DNA of 23,019 nt from Myxococcota bacterium (GCA_040752415.1 JBFMGU010000171.1:1-23019), one strand, 5' to 3'. Shown: positions 8,944 to 18,803, numbered from the stretch's first letter. Notes: generated from the letters alone by a model not told the origin. A program made the numbers and translations.

Positions 8944-9882
8944 TTGAAGGTCCTGGCTCGACGCGTTGCGCTGGCGGCGTGCGTGGTGGTGTTTGTCGCG
9001 GAGGTCCGCGGTCAGTCGGACGGCGGCGCGGCCGAGCCCGTGACGACGACAGCCGCGCCTCTTCCCGACGCGGTGGACCAGCCGGGCACGCCGTTTCCGT
9101 CGGAGGATGAGACCCGCGCCTGCCGTTGGCTGGACGTGCGCATCGAGCAGCGACGTCGCCAGGAGCTCTTCCCGCACGTGTTCACCCTCGCGGAGAAGGA
9201 GGCGCGCCCGCAGGTCCAGTGGCGTCTGGCGCAGGCCATCATGGGCTACTACGAGTTCCACCGCGAGGCGCCCGACAAGGAGAAGCTGCGTGGCTACACC
9301 GCGGCGGAGCGCCTCATGCGTGACTGCCAGGCGCGCAAGGGTCCACCACATTGCGAGTTCTTCCTCGGCGCGGCCATCGGTCGCCAGGCCACCGTCAAGG
9401 GCGTGATGAGCTCCTTGCGCGCGCTGCGTCCCATCGAGGGCGTGTGGCTGACCGGCCTGGAGCGCAGCAAGAACCGTCCGGACCTGCTCCTCGACGGAAG
9501 TCCCATCGAGTCGTACTTCTACTACGCGCTCGGCGCGCTCTACCGCATCCTGCCCGACTGGTGGATCATCAAGGTCATCACCGGCGTGCGCGGCGACCTG
9601 GACAAGTCCATCTCCATGCTGCGCAAGGCCGTGGCCATGCGGCCGGATACCGCCACCTGGCTGGAGCTGGGCGTGGCGCTGACCTGCAGCGGTCACAAGC
9701 GCGACAACCCCGCGCATCTCTCCGAGGGGAAGAAGATCCTCCAGGACGTCATCGGCATGCCGCGCAAGGCGGAGTACGACGCCGTGGACCAGCAGGCGGC
9801 GCGCCACATCCTGGAGCATCCCAGGAGCGCCTGCGGCTACAGCCGCGACAAGATGCAGGACGTGGAGAGCCAGCCGCGGTAG
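8944..9882 (+). CDS. Secreted alpha-helical TPR-like protein (possibly TatT-like)
   Basis: Within ORF 8929..9882. TTG 8944 follows GGAGG (8934-8938) and gives a signal peptide. TPR-like helices include YFYYALGALYRILP, GDLDKSISMLRKAVAMRPD and WLELGVAL. GC3 is high. Confidence 0.7.
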   Translation: MKVLARRVALAACVVVFVAEVRGQSDGGAAEPVTTTAAPLPDAVDQPGTPFPSEDETRACRWLDVRIEQRRRQELFPHVFTLAEKEARPQVQWRLAQAIMGYYEFHREAPDKEKLRGYTAAERLMRDCQARKGPPHCEFFLGAAIGRQATVKGVMSSLRALRPIEGVWLTGLERSKNRPDLLLDGSPIESYFYYALGALYRILPDWWIIKVITGVRGDLDKSISMLRKAVAMRPDTATWLELGVALTCSGHKRDNPAHLSEGKKILQDVIGMPRKAEYDAVDQQAARHILEHPRSACGYSRDKMQDVESQPR

Positions 9883-9886
9883 GCAC

Positions 9887-11029
9887 TCACCGCACCGACA
9901 GCTCGTCCCGCTCCAGGCAGTTGCCACCCACGTCGACGCCGTGCTCGCCGTGGTCGCGGATCCCGTTGCGACAGTGGTTGGTCACCAGCGGCACGTGCCG
10001 GTTGAAGTGCACGCGCAGCACGTGCTCGTTGATGACGTCGTTGCCGGAGCAGGAGCGGCCGCAGTCGGGGGCGCACGGGTCGCTGGTGCAGTCGTGTGTG
10101 CTGGGGAACCAGTGCTGGGGGCTGTGCGCCGCCTGGCCGCACGGCGGGTAGTTGTGCGTGCCGCTCTTGCGCGAGAGGTAGATGTCGTCGCGGCTGGAGA
10201 GGAACCACTGCGCAAACTCCACCTGGTGCAGCCACTCGTGCATCATCACCCCGCGCTCCGCGCACTCGAACGGGAACGCGCCGGAGGTCTTGGGCACCCA
10301 GCTGTAGCCCGCGCCGCCAATCCCGTAGTCGCTGCCGTAGGTGAGCCCGCACGCCCCCACGTCAAAGGAGACCCCCGCCTCCTCGTCGAGGACACCGTGT
10401 GAGAGCATGATGAAGTCCGTGTCCGGCCGCAGGTGCGGGCGCAGGTGCTTCTCCAGCCCAAAGGGCGGCAACCAGAAACCGTTGCCAATCCGCGCCAGGC
10501 CCACCTCCAGCCGCGGCAGGTGGATGGCCTCCAGGTTGAGCACCACGCCGCCGTCGGTGAAGACGTTCGTCTCGGTGATGAACGTGTGCAGCTCCTCGTT
10601 GAGCCAGGCCACGTCTTCGTCGGAGAGCGTGATGGTGAGGCACACCGCGTCGGCACGACCCTTGAGGCGCGTGTCGCCGGGCGGCAGCGAGATGAAGTTG
10701 TCGTTGTCGGCAAAGCGCACCACGCGCCCGCCGCGTCGGTTCAAGCTGGCGCAGGTGCCTTCTCCGCACGGGTCGCCCACAAAGCAGGTGCGCAGCTCCC
10801 GTACGAGGAAGACCTGCAACCGGAAATCCTGCACCAGTCCTTCACCGCCCGGGTTCGGCTCGTCATCCATCAGGCAGGAGTCCGGGACCGCTGCGGTGCC
10901 CTGCGACGCCTTGTGCGCAATCAGCGCTGCCGCGGGAGGTGATGGGGGGGACGTTCCGACGTCGGAAAGCCTGGTGCATGCCAGCGCGGTCAGCAGGCAC
11001 GCTGACGCGCTGAGCAGCACGACCTTCAT
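9887..11029 (-). CDS. Lipoprotein with zincin-type HExxH motif (putative metallopeptidase) and Cys-rich C-terminus
   Basis: Lipobox LTALA-C, VMMHEWLHQVE, and a C-terminal CRNGIRDHGEHGVDVGGNC module. A purine-rich RBS-like stretch precedes the ATG. Confidence 0.75.
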   Translation of the reverse strand: MKVVLLSASACLLTALACTRLSDVGTSPPSPPAAALIAHKASQGTAAVPDSCLMDDEPNPGGEGLVQDFRLQVFLVRELRTCFVGDPCGEGTCASLNRRGGRVVRFADNDNFISLPPGDTRLKGRADAVCLTITLSDEDVAWLNEELHTFITETNVFTDGGVVLNLEAIHLPRLEVGLARIGNGFWLPPFGLEKHLRPHLRPDTDFIMLSHGVLDEEAGVSFDVGACGLTYGSDYGIGGAGYSWVPKTSGAFPFECAERGVMMHEWLHQVEFAQWFLSSRDDIYLSRKSGTHNYPPCGQAAHSPQHWFPSTHDCTSDPCAPDCGRSCSGNDVINEHVLRVHFNRHVPLVTNHCRNGIRDHGEHGVDVGGNCLERDELSVR

Positions 11030-11142
11030 CTGCTCGTCCTTGGCCAGTCATGGTGGGGGAACGCAGCAGATGTAGCGACGGAACGCGGCGCCCGCAGCGC
11101 ACGTTTCCCTTCGTCAGCTTCCCGGTCTTCGTGTCAGCGCGT

Positions 11143-11670
11143 TCAGGTGCGCGGCGTGGGTTCCCGCGGCGGTTGGTACGGCACCGGCAATGTCCGACGC
11201 CACGCGTCGCGCTCCCGCGGCCTCACCTCCCGGCTCAGGTAGTGGTCCAACGAGAGCGGACCGGACCCGAACACCGCGAACAGGCACAACAGGAAGAGCA
11301 CCAGCGTGGCGAACTCCAGCGTCCTGGCCTCCGTGAACAGTCCCTCCCGCAGGTGGACGAAGAAGATCGCGCCCAGCACCACGGGGATCTGCATCAACGC
11401 CGCCACGCGCGTGATGAGTCCCAGCGCCAGCAGCAACCCACCCGCCAGGTGCGCGGTGGCCACCAGGTGCGCAATCCCCACCGCGCTCTGGCTCCACAGC
11501 CCGCCCTCCAGGCGCGAGACGATGTACGCCGTGTGCACCACGAAGTTCGCGCCCATCGCAAACAGGCCCAGGCCCAGGTAGATGCGCACCAGCTCCACGA
11601 AGAGCCAGCGGTGTGCATCCAGCCACGCCACCACACCCTGCCGGCCCACCGTTTCCGTCCGCGCCACCAT
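11143..11670 (-). CDS. DoxX family membrane protein
   Basis: GGAGG RBS before ATG 11670. Motifs LVRIYLGLGLF, HLAGGLLLALGLITRVAA and GSGPLSLD, with about four TM helices. Confidence 0.9.
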   Translation of the reverse strand: MVARTETVGRQGVVAWLDAHRWLFVELVRIYLGLGLFAMGANFVVHTAYIVSRLEGGLWSQSAVGIAHLVATAHLAGGLLLALGLITRVAALMQIPVVLGAIFFVHLREGLFTEARTLEFATLVLFLLCLFAVFGSGPLSLDHYLSREVRPRERDAWRRTLPVPYQPPREPTPRT

Positions 11671-11888
11671 GGCAACCTCCCTCGGCCCCAACGAGCCGGG
11701 TCCGTCTCCGCGCGGCTGCGCGCATGCCCAAGGCACGGCCGCGTTGTTTCTGCCGCCTTCGTGGGAGTTAACGCTCCCCGCGGGGGAATTCTGACGTCCC
11801 CGGCTTGCGTTCCACCCTCCGGTTCGCCATGTATGCCCGCGTCACAGCCCACCCGTGATGCCGTCAACCAGGTCACCGGAGCCCACCC

Positions 11889-14800
11889 GTGAATCTCACC
11901 GACGTCTGCATCAAGCGTCCCGTCCTGGCGTGGATGCTCATGGGGGCCACGCTCGTCTTCGGGGCCGTGGCCGCCACGCGCATGGGGGTCAGCCAGTTTC
12001 CCGACGTGGATTTCCCCAACATCTCCATCAGCGTCACCTGGGAGGGGGCGGCGCCGGAGGTGATGGAGAATGACGTCGTGGAGATCCTGGAGGAGGCCCT
12101 CATGCAGGTGGAGGGCATCCGGTCCATCACGTCGTCATCCCGGCAGGGCAGCGCCTCCATCAACCTGGAGCTTGAGCTCAACCGCGACGTGTCCGTGGCC
12201 TTGCAGGAGGTCCAGACCAAGGTGAGCCAGGCGCAGCGCAGGCTGCCGCTGGACCTGGACCCGCCGGTCATCTCCAAGAGCAACCCGGAGGACCAGCCCA
12301 TCATGTGGGTCGGGTTGTCCGGCGCCGTGGCCCCGCAGGTGCTCAGCGACTACGCGCGCTACCGCCTCAAAGAGAAGCTGCAGGCCATCCCCGGCGTGGG
12401 TGAGCTGATGATGGGCGGCTTCCTGGAGCGCAACATCCGCATCTGGCTGGACGCTGCCAAGCTGGATGAGCGGGGCCTCACCATCACCGACGTCATGGCC
12501 GCGCTCACCCGCGAGCACGTGGAGCTGCCCGCCGGGCGACTCGAGGTGGAGGGGCGGGAGGTCAACGTCCGCGTGCTCGGGGAGGCGCTGGACCTGGACA
12601 CCCTGCGGCGCATCGTCGTGCGCGAGGTGGCGGGCAGCCCGGTCTACCTCGAGGACGTGGCGCTGGTGGAGGACGGGTTCGAGGACGTGCGGCGCATTGC
12701 GCGCGTCAACGGCGTCCCCGCGCAGGGCATCGGCGTCAAGAAGCAGCGCGGGGCCAACGCCGTGGACGTGGCGCGCCGGGTCCATGCCACCTTGGACGAG
12801 ATCCGCAAGACCCTGCCGCCGGAGATGACCCTCGGCATCAACTTCGACTCCACCCGCTTCATCGAGGAGAGCGTGGAGGAAGTGGAGTTCGAGCTGCTGC
12901 TCGCCATCCTGCTCACCGCGCTGGTGTGCTGGATGTTCCTCGGCTCGCTGTCCACGACGTTGAACGTGCTGCTGGCCATCCCCATGAGCCTGCTCGGCAC
13001 CCTGGCGGTCATCTACTTCGCGGGGTTCACCCTCAACACCTTCACGCTGCTGGCGTTATCACTCGCGGTCGGCATCGTCGTCGACGACGCCATCATGGTG
13101 CTGGAGAACATCTACCGCCACGGCGAGATGGGGAAGGGCCGCGTGGCCGCCGCGCGCGAGGGCACGCACGAGATCACCTTCGCCGCGCTCGCCGCCACGC
13201 TGGCGGTGGTGGCCATCTTCATCCCCGTGGTGTTCATGAAGGGGATCGTTGGCAAGTTCTTCCTGCAGTTCGGCGTCACACTCTCCATTGCGGTGCTGCT
13301 CTCCTACCTGGAGGCCGTGACGCTGGCGCCCGCGCGCTGCGCGCAGTTCCTCAACACCGGGCGGGAGCACCGCGGCCTCGTGGGTCGCGCGGTGGACCGC
13401 GGCTTCAATGCGTTGGAGCGTCTCTACAGCTGGGTGCTGCAGCGCGGGCTGCGCTGGCCGGTGCTGGTGTTGCTCGTGGCCGGGGCGCTCTTCGCCGGCT
13501 CGGTGAGCCTGTTGCGCACCCTCCCCAGTGAGTTCGTGCCCAGCCAGGACCAGAGCCGCCTCATGGTGCGCGTGCAGACCGCGGTGGGCTCCGACGTCAT
13601 GGAGACCGACAAGCTCTTCCGCAAGGTGGAGGAGATCATCAACGGCAAGCCGGAGGTGACCCGCGCCTTCGCGGTGGTGGGCGGCTTTGGCGGCGGTGCG
13701 GTCAACACCGGCGTGGTCTTCGTGACGCTGGTGCCGCCAGAGCAACGCAAGCTCACCCAGGCGGCGTTCGCGGGGATGATCCGCAAGGAGCTCAACAGCA
13801 TCCCCGGCGTGCGCGCGGTGGTGCAGGACCTCTCGCAGTCGGGCTTCACCGCGCAGCGCGGCTTCCCGGTGGAGTTCTCCATCCGCGGTCCCAACTGGGA
13901 CGGCCTGGTGGCCGCGCGGGAGAAGGTGATGCAGAAGCTGCAGGCCTCAGGTCTCGTCGTCGACCTGGACAGCGACTACCAGGTGGGCATGCCGGAGCTG
14001 CGCATCCTCCCCGACCGCGCGCGCGCCGCCGACCTCGGCGTCTCCATGGGTGACGTGGCCAACACCATCCGCGCCCTCGTGGGCGGGGTGCGCGTGGGCA
14101 AGTACAGCGACGGAGGACGACGCATTGACGTGCGCCTGCGCCTGCTGGCCCACCAGCGCGCGCGGCCGGAGGACGTGGCCCGCCTGAAGGTGCGCGCTGC
14201 CGACGGCACGCTCATCCCGCTCAGCGCGCTGGTGCGTGACGAGGAACGACCAGCGCTGCAGGCCATCACCCGCCGCGACCGCGAGCGCGCCATCAACGTG
14301 TTTGCCAACGTGGCGCCGGGACACGCGCAGAACGAGGTGCTGGCTTTCGTGGAGACGCTGCGCGCGGAGGTGCCGGAGGGCTACCGCATCGTGCTCAGCG
14401 GCTCGTCGGTGGAGTTCAAGGAATCCATGAGCAGCCTGCTCTGGGCGCTGCTGCTCGGGATCCTCGTCGCGTACATGATCCTCGCCTCGCAGTTCAATTC
14501 CTGGCTGCATCCCGTCACCGTGCTCACCATCCTGCCGCTCTCCATGGTGGGCGCGGTGGGCGCGCTCTATCTCGCGGGCAAGAGCCTCAACATCTTCAGC
14601 ATGATCGGCCTGCTGTTGCTCATGGGCATCGTGAAGAAGAACTCCATCATCCTCGTGGAGTACGCCAACCACCACCGGGAGCAGGGAATGAACGCGCGGG
14701 ACGCCATGCTGCACGCCGGCCCCATCCGCCTCCGGCCCATCATGATGACGTCGGTGTCCACCTTGATGGCGGCCATTCCCGCGGCGCTCTCCCTGGGACC

Positions 14801-14990
14801 CGGCGGGGAGATCCGCGCCCCCATGGCCATCAGCGTGCTCGGCGGTGTGCTGGTCTCCACGCTGCTGAGCCTGCTCGTGGTGCCCGCGTTCTACGTCGTG
14901 GCGGATGCGGTGCTGACGCGGTTGGCGCGCCTGTTCCGTCGCGCGGAGGCGCCGCCGCCGGTGCCGGAAGCGCCCACGCCGTCCGCCTGA
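11889..14990 (+). CDS. RND efflux transporter permease subunit (AcrB/AcrD/AcrF family)
   Basis: 1033 aa. N-terminal IKRPV...QFPDVDFP, TM4 GIVVDDAIMVLENI, TM10 GIVKKNSIIL, and RLRPIMMT. Confidence 0.97.
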   Translation: MNLTDVCIKRPVLAWMLMGATLVFGAVAATRMGVSQFPDVDFPNISISVTWEGAAPEVMENDVVEILEEALMQVEGIRSITSSSRQGSASINLELELNRDVSVALQEVQTKVSQAQRRLPLDLDPPVISKSNPEDQPIMWVGLSGAVAPQVLSDYARYRLKEKLQAIPGVGELMMGGFLERNIRIWLDAAKLDERGLTITDVMAALTREHVELPAGRLEVEGREVNVRVLGEALDLDTLRRIVVREVAGSPVYLEDVALVEDGFEDVRRIARVNGVPAQGIGVKKQRGANAVDVARRVHATLDEIRKTLPPEMTLGINFDSTRFIEESVEEVEFELLLAILLTALVCWMFLGSLSTTLNVLLAIPMSLLGTLAVIYFAGFTLNTFTLLALSLAVGIVVDDAIMVLENIYRHGEMGKGRVAAAREGTHEITFAALAATLAVVAIFIPVVFMKGIVGKFFLQFGVTLSIAVLLSYLEAVTLAPARCAQFLNTGREHRGLVGRAVDRGFNALERLYSWVLQRGLRWPVLVLLVAGALFAGSVSLLRTLPSEFVPSQDQSRLMVRVQTAVGSDVMETDKLFRKVEEIINGKPEVTRAFAVVGGFGGGAVNTGVVFVTLVPPEQRKLTQAAFAGMIRKELNSIPGVRAVVQDLSQSGFTAQRGFPVEFSIRGPNWDGLVAAREKVMQKLQASGLVVDLDSDYQVGMPELRILPDRARAADLGVSMGDVANTIRALVGGVRVGKYSDGGRRIDVRLRLLAHQRARPEDVARLKVRAADGTLIPLSALVRDEERPALQAITRRDRERAINVFANVAPGHAQNEVLAFVETLRAEVPEGYRIVLSGSSVEFKESMSSLLWALLLGILVAYMILASQFNSWLHPVTVLTILPLSMVGAVGALYLAGKSLNIFSMIGLLLLMGIVKKNSIILVEYANHHREQGMNARDAMLHAGPIRLRPIMMTSVSTLMAAIPAALSLGPGGEIRAPMAISVLGGVLVSTLLSLLVVPAFYVVADAVLTRLARLFRRAEAPPPVPEAPTPSA

Positions 14991-15297
14991 GCCTGCCCGC
15001 GCTCCGACGTCATCACCCGGTGCGTGATCACGTGACGCGTCGGAGGACGCTCACGCCGGCGCCTCCTCCGGCAACCCATCAACGTCGTGGCCGCGGCGCG
15101 TGATGCGGCTTTCCGGGCCGCGCGGGTGGTGATGTGACCCGCCCATCGCTATCACCGCTCTGGACTCCGCTGCAGCGGCCCCCCAACGTCGCCATGACGT
15201 GGCACCGCCGCCACCGCGGGTTCGCGATCCACATCGTCCACATTCCACCGCCGCGGGGGGGAGCATCGGGGGCTCCGCTTCGCGTCATGGGCCGGCA

Positions 15298-17028
15298 ATG
15301 CCCACGCAGCCCAACCACTCGCTCGAGCGCGCCAAGAAACACCTGCAGAAGGGCAACCTCCAGGCCGCCATCCAGGAGTACCGCCGCGCCGCGGAGGAAG
15401 CTCCGGAGGACGTCTCCATCCACAACGCGCTGGGCGACCTCTACGTGCGCGCTCACGACGTGCGTGAGGCAATCCGCTGCTTCCAGTACGCCGGCGAGGT
15501 CTACAAACAGCAAGACCTCCACCTCAAGGCCATCGCCGTGTACCGCAAGGTCTGTGAGCTGGACCCCGTCGACCACGAGTCGGCGTTGACGCTGGGACAG
15601 CTGTTGGCGCGCGCGGGCCGGCAGGAGGACGCGCAGCGGGTGCTGTTGCGCGTGGTGGACTCGCTGCGCAAGGCGGGGATGCACCAGGCCGTGGTGTATG
15701 TGCTGGGCCGTTGCAGCGAGGCGGACCCCAAGACCTTCGAGGTCGCGCTGGTGACGGCGGAGGAGCTCCTGGGGCAGGGCGCGCTGACCGAGGCGCTGCA
15801 GACGGTGCTCATCGGGCTGCGCGCTCCCCGTCGGGGATTTGCCACGCGGGTGCGGGAGCTGCTGCTGCGCATGGAGCCCAGCGTCGGGGACGTGCCCGCG
15901 TTGCGCCTGGAGCTGGCCCGCGCCTTCCTCCGCGCCGACCTCCCCGTCGACGCCGCGCGGACCGCCGTCACGCTGCCGCCCGGCGTGCGGGGCCGCGTGG
16001 AGCTGCTCCTGGAGGTGGCCCACCGGCTGGTGCAGCAGGGTGAGGCCGCCGACGCGCGCGTGCTGGTGGAAGCCTGCTGGGGCAACCTGGATCCGTCGGA
16101 CGCGCCGCGCGCCGTGGCGGTGCTGGAGGCCATCCACACCGAGCTCCCCGACGACCCCGTCACGCTCGGCATGCTCCGCGCCCTCGGCGTCACCCCGTCA
16201 CCGCCCGGCATTCCCGAGGAGGCGCTGCCCACCCTGGAGCCCCTCGTCGAGCAGCCGCTGCCCGCGGAGCCGGTGACGACGGAGGCGGGCGTTCCCCACA
16301 GCCCGGCCCGGGAGCCGGTGTGGGATCTCCGTCACGCGCCCGGCAGCGCGGGCCACGGCGACCCCACCGCGCGCCCCATCCACGCCCCCGCCCACGAGAC
16401 GCTGCTGGACCCGGATGCGCTGGCGCAACCGCCGCCTCCCGACGAGGAGCAGCATGTCGACCCGGCTCCCGCCGTCGAGGCCCCGTCCGTCGTCGCCGTG
16501 GAGGTGGAGGAGTGCGCCTTCCAGGGGCTCATCGGCCTGCACCAGCTGGAGTGGTACCTGGACATCGAGTGGCGTCGGGCGGCGCGGCGCGGCACCAGTC
16601 TCTCGGTGCTGGTGGCGGAGATCGACGGGCTCAATCCCGAGGCCACCGGCGTCGACGAGCGCGAGCCTTTCGTGGCGGCGGCGCTGCGCGCGGTGCTCAA
16701 GCGGCCCGGGGACATCCTCGCCCGTCGGGGACGGGGCGTCTTCCTGGCGGTGCTCCCGGAGACTCCCGTCGAGGGAGCGCGGGTGGTGGCGGAAGGCATG
16801 CGCGCCGGCGTGGAGGCCTTGACGCCGGAAGAGAACGGAATGCCCGCGTGCGCCACCGTCAGCATCGGGGTGGCCAGCGCCTCGCCGCGCGCCAGCGGAC
16901 ATGGCGGGATGCTGGTGCAGGCGGCGGACGAGGCGCTGTTGGAGACGCATTTCCAGGGCGGCAACTGCGCCAACGTCGCGCCAGTGCTGACCTTCCCAAC
17001 CTCGTCGTCGCGGCTGGCCCGGACCTGA
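15298..17028 (+). CDS. TPR-repeat protein with Pro-rich linker and degenerate GGDEF domain
   Basis: Within ORF 15199..17028; the ATG at 15298 is an estimate. N-terminal TPRs (AIQEYRRA..HNALGDLY..AIAVYRKVCELDP). The C-terminal GGDEF fold has LSVLVAEID, RPGDILARRGRGVF, TVSIGVA and ADEAL. Confidence 0.85.
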   Translation: MPTQPNHSLERAKKHLQKGNLQAAIQEYRRAAEEAPEDVSIHNALGDLYVRAHDVREAIRCFQYAGEVYKQQDLHLKAIAVYRKVCELDPVDHESALTLGQLLARAGRQEDAQRVLLRVVDSLRKAGMHQAVVYVLGRCSEADPKTFEVALVTAEELLGQGALTEALQTVLIGLRAPRRGFATRVRELLLRMEPSVGDVPALRLELARAFLRADLPVDAARTAVTLPPGVRGRVELLLEVAHRLVQQGEAADARVLVEACWGNLDPSDAPRAVAVLEAIHTELPDDPVTLGMLRALGVTPSPPGIPEEALPTLEPLVEQPLPAEPVTTEAGVPHSPAREPVWDLRHAPGSAGHGDPTARPIHAPAHETLLDPDALAQPPPPDEEQHVDPAPAVEAPSVVAVEVEECAFQGLIGLHQLEWYLDIEWRRAARRGTSLSVLVAEIDGLNPEATGVDEREPFVAAALRAVLKRPGDILARRGRGVFLAVLPETPVEGARVVAEGMRAGVEALTPEENGMPACATVSIGVASASPRASGHGGMLVQAADEALLETHFQGGNCANVAPVLTFPTSSSRLART

Positions 17029-17029
17029 C

Positions 17030-17704
17030 CTACGCCTTGCGACCCTTCTGCATCAGGTCCTGCGCCACCTTCTGGCGTTGCCCCACGCTCAGGAACGTCT
17101 CGTTGGTCTCACCCAGCTGCTCCACCAGGTGGCGCATGATGAAGCGCAGCAGGTCGTAGGCCAGCTTCAGCGTCGCCTCGTCGGAGACCAGGTTGTCGGT
17201 CTTGCGCACCTTCGGGTCACACGCGCCGCGGACGATGAAGAGCAGCCTGGTCACCGCGCCCGCCGCCTTCCAGTAGTTCGCCTTGAGGTTGAAGCGCAGC
17301 TCCTTGCGCGCCTCCTCCCACGCCGCGAACGTCATGCCCGCCTCGGTGAGCAGCTCGTTGTCGCCCAGCAGCTTGCGCATGTTCTTGCGCGCCAGCGCCG
17401 CGTGCAGCTCCGGGATGTTCTGGTCGGTGAGGATCTGCTCGACGCGCGGCCGGCTCAGCGACGTCATGCACGCCGCCATGAGGTCCAGGTCCCCCGCGCT
17501 CCTGCCCGCGGCGCGGTTCGCCAGCAGCTTCTGCTGTCCCTTCTGCTGCTCGCGGTAGAGCGGCTCAAAGCCCTTCCACAGCTCCAGGTACTTGAAGTGC
17601 GGCTGCTTCTCCTCCTCGGCCTTGGCCAGGTGGGTGCGCGCCTTGATGAGCGGCGGGATCTCCTCGGGCTTGAGCTGCAGGCTCTGGGGCGGCTTGAAGG
17701 TCAT
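17030..17704 (-). CDS. Hypothetical all-alpha protein, possibly Apea/MauJ-like HEPN fold with degenerate active site
   Basis: Clean 224-aa ORF with very high GC3. KYLELWKGFEPLY and LLFIVRGACD...DEATLKLAYDLL resemble HEPN blocks. The CDS is confident; the fold is tentative. Confidence 0.7.
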   Translation of the reverse strand: MTFKPPQSLQLKPEEIPPLIKARTHLAKAEEEKQPHFKYLELWKGFEPLYREQQKGQQKLLANRAAGRSAGDLDLMAACMTSLSRPRVEQILTDQNIPELHAALARKNMRKLLGDNELLTEAGMTFAAWEEARKELRFNLKANYWKAAGAVTRLLFIVRGACDPKVRKTDNLVSDEATLKLAYDLLRFIMRHLVEQLGETNETFLSVGQRQKVAQDLMQKGRKA

Positions 17705-17897
17705 GGCGCGCTCGTCTTCCGTGGCGGGGAACCGCGCCCCTGCGTATCACGCCGCATTCCGCGCCGGCAGGGCCGCGGCCGTGAAATCCCGGCGAGGGGG
17801 CCGGACGTTGGTGGTGGACCATGGGCCCTGTGGCCTGGCCCCCGCCCTCCCGACTATGGAGGGCCACCAACCGCAATCCCCGAGGGACGTGGCCGAC

Positions 17898-18803
17898 ATG
17901 ACCGAGAAGACCACCATCGACGTTGCCGTGGTTCCCGCCGCCGGGCTGGGCACGCGTTTCATGCCCGCGGCCAAGGCGGTGCCCAAGGAGATGCTGCCCA
18001 TCGCCGACACGCCCACCATCCAGCTCATCCTGGAGGAGGCGGTGGCGTCGGGGATCAAGCACGTGGTGCTGGTCACCGGGCGCAACAAGGAGAGCATCGT
18101 CGACCACTTCGACTACGCCTATGAGCTCGAGCACACGCTGCGCTCCCGCGGCAAGAACGCGGACGCCGACGCGCTCCGCGCCATCGCCGAGAAGGTGACC
18201 GTCACCGCCATCCGGCAGAAGGAGCCCAAGGGCCTCGGTCACGCGGTGCTGGCCGCGCATCCCGTCGTGGGGAACCGGCCCGTGGCGGTGCTCCTGGGCG
18301 ACGATCTCATCTTCTCCACCGCGCCGGGGCAGCGCCCGGCCATGGGCCAGCTCGTCGACGCGTACGCGCGCACCGGCAAGGGCGTCATTGCGCTGATGCA
18401 GGTCCCGCGCGAGGAGATCCACAAGTACGGCGCGGCGGAAGGTGCCTGGGAGGAGGCCGACCCGCGGCTCATGCGCGTCGGGCGTCTCGTCGAGAAGCCG
18501 CCCAAGGGCACGGAGAAGACGGACCAGGCCATCATCGGCCGCTACCTCCTGCCGTCGACCATCTGGGACATCCTCAAGGAGACCCGGCCCGGCGCCGGCG
18601 GGGAGATCCAGCTCACCGACGCGCTGCAGGTCCTCGCCGCGCGGGACGGCCTGTACGGTTACCGCTTCGAGGGACGCCGCATCGACGCCGGTGACAAGGT
18701 CGGCTTCATCGAGGCCACGCTGTGGTACGCCCTGCACCGCGGCGACCTGGCCGCTCCCACGCGCGCCGTGATGCGCCGCCTGCTGCAGGAGATCCCGGAG
18801 TGA
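17898..18803 (+). CDS. galU: UTP--glucose-1-phosphate uridylyltransferase
   Basis: Motifs AVVPAAGLGTRFMPAAKAVPKEMLPI, RQKEPKGLGHAV, LVEKP and GAGGEIQLTDAL. Confidence 0.96.
   Translation: MTEKTTIDVAVVPAAGLGTRFMPAAKAVPKEMLPIADTPTIQLILEEAVASGIKHVVLVTGRNKESIVDHFDYAYELEHTLRSRGKNADADALRAIAEKVTVTAIRQKEPKGLGHAVLAAHPVVGNRPVAVLLGDDLIFSTAPGQRPAMGQLVDAYARTGKGVIALMQVPREEIHKYGAAEGAWEEADPRLMRVGRLVEKPPKGTEKTDQAIIGRYLLPSTIWDILKETRPGAGGEIQLTDALQVLAARDGLYGYRFEGRRIDAGDKVGFIEATLWYALHRGDLAAPTRAVMRRLLQEIPE

Noticed and set aside
14991..15297. Hairpins in the RND to TPR-GGDEF intergenic region (for example CTCCGACG/CGTCGGAG) as a riboswitch
   Set aside because: No recognisable riboswitch consensus, including the c-di-GMP classes. 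Short stems are expected at this GC content.
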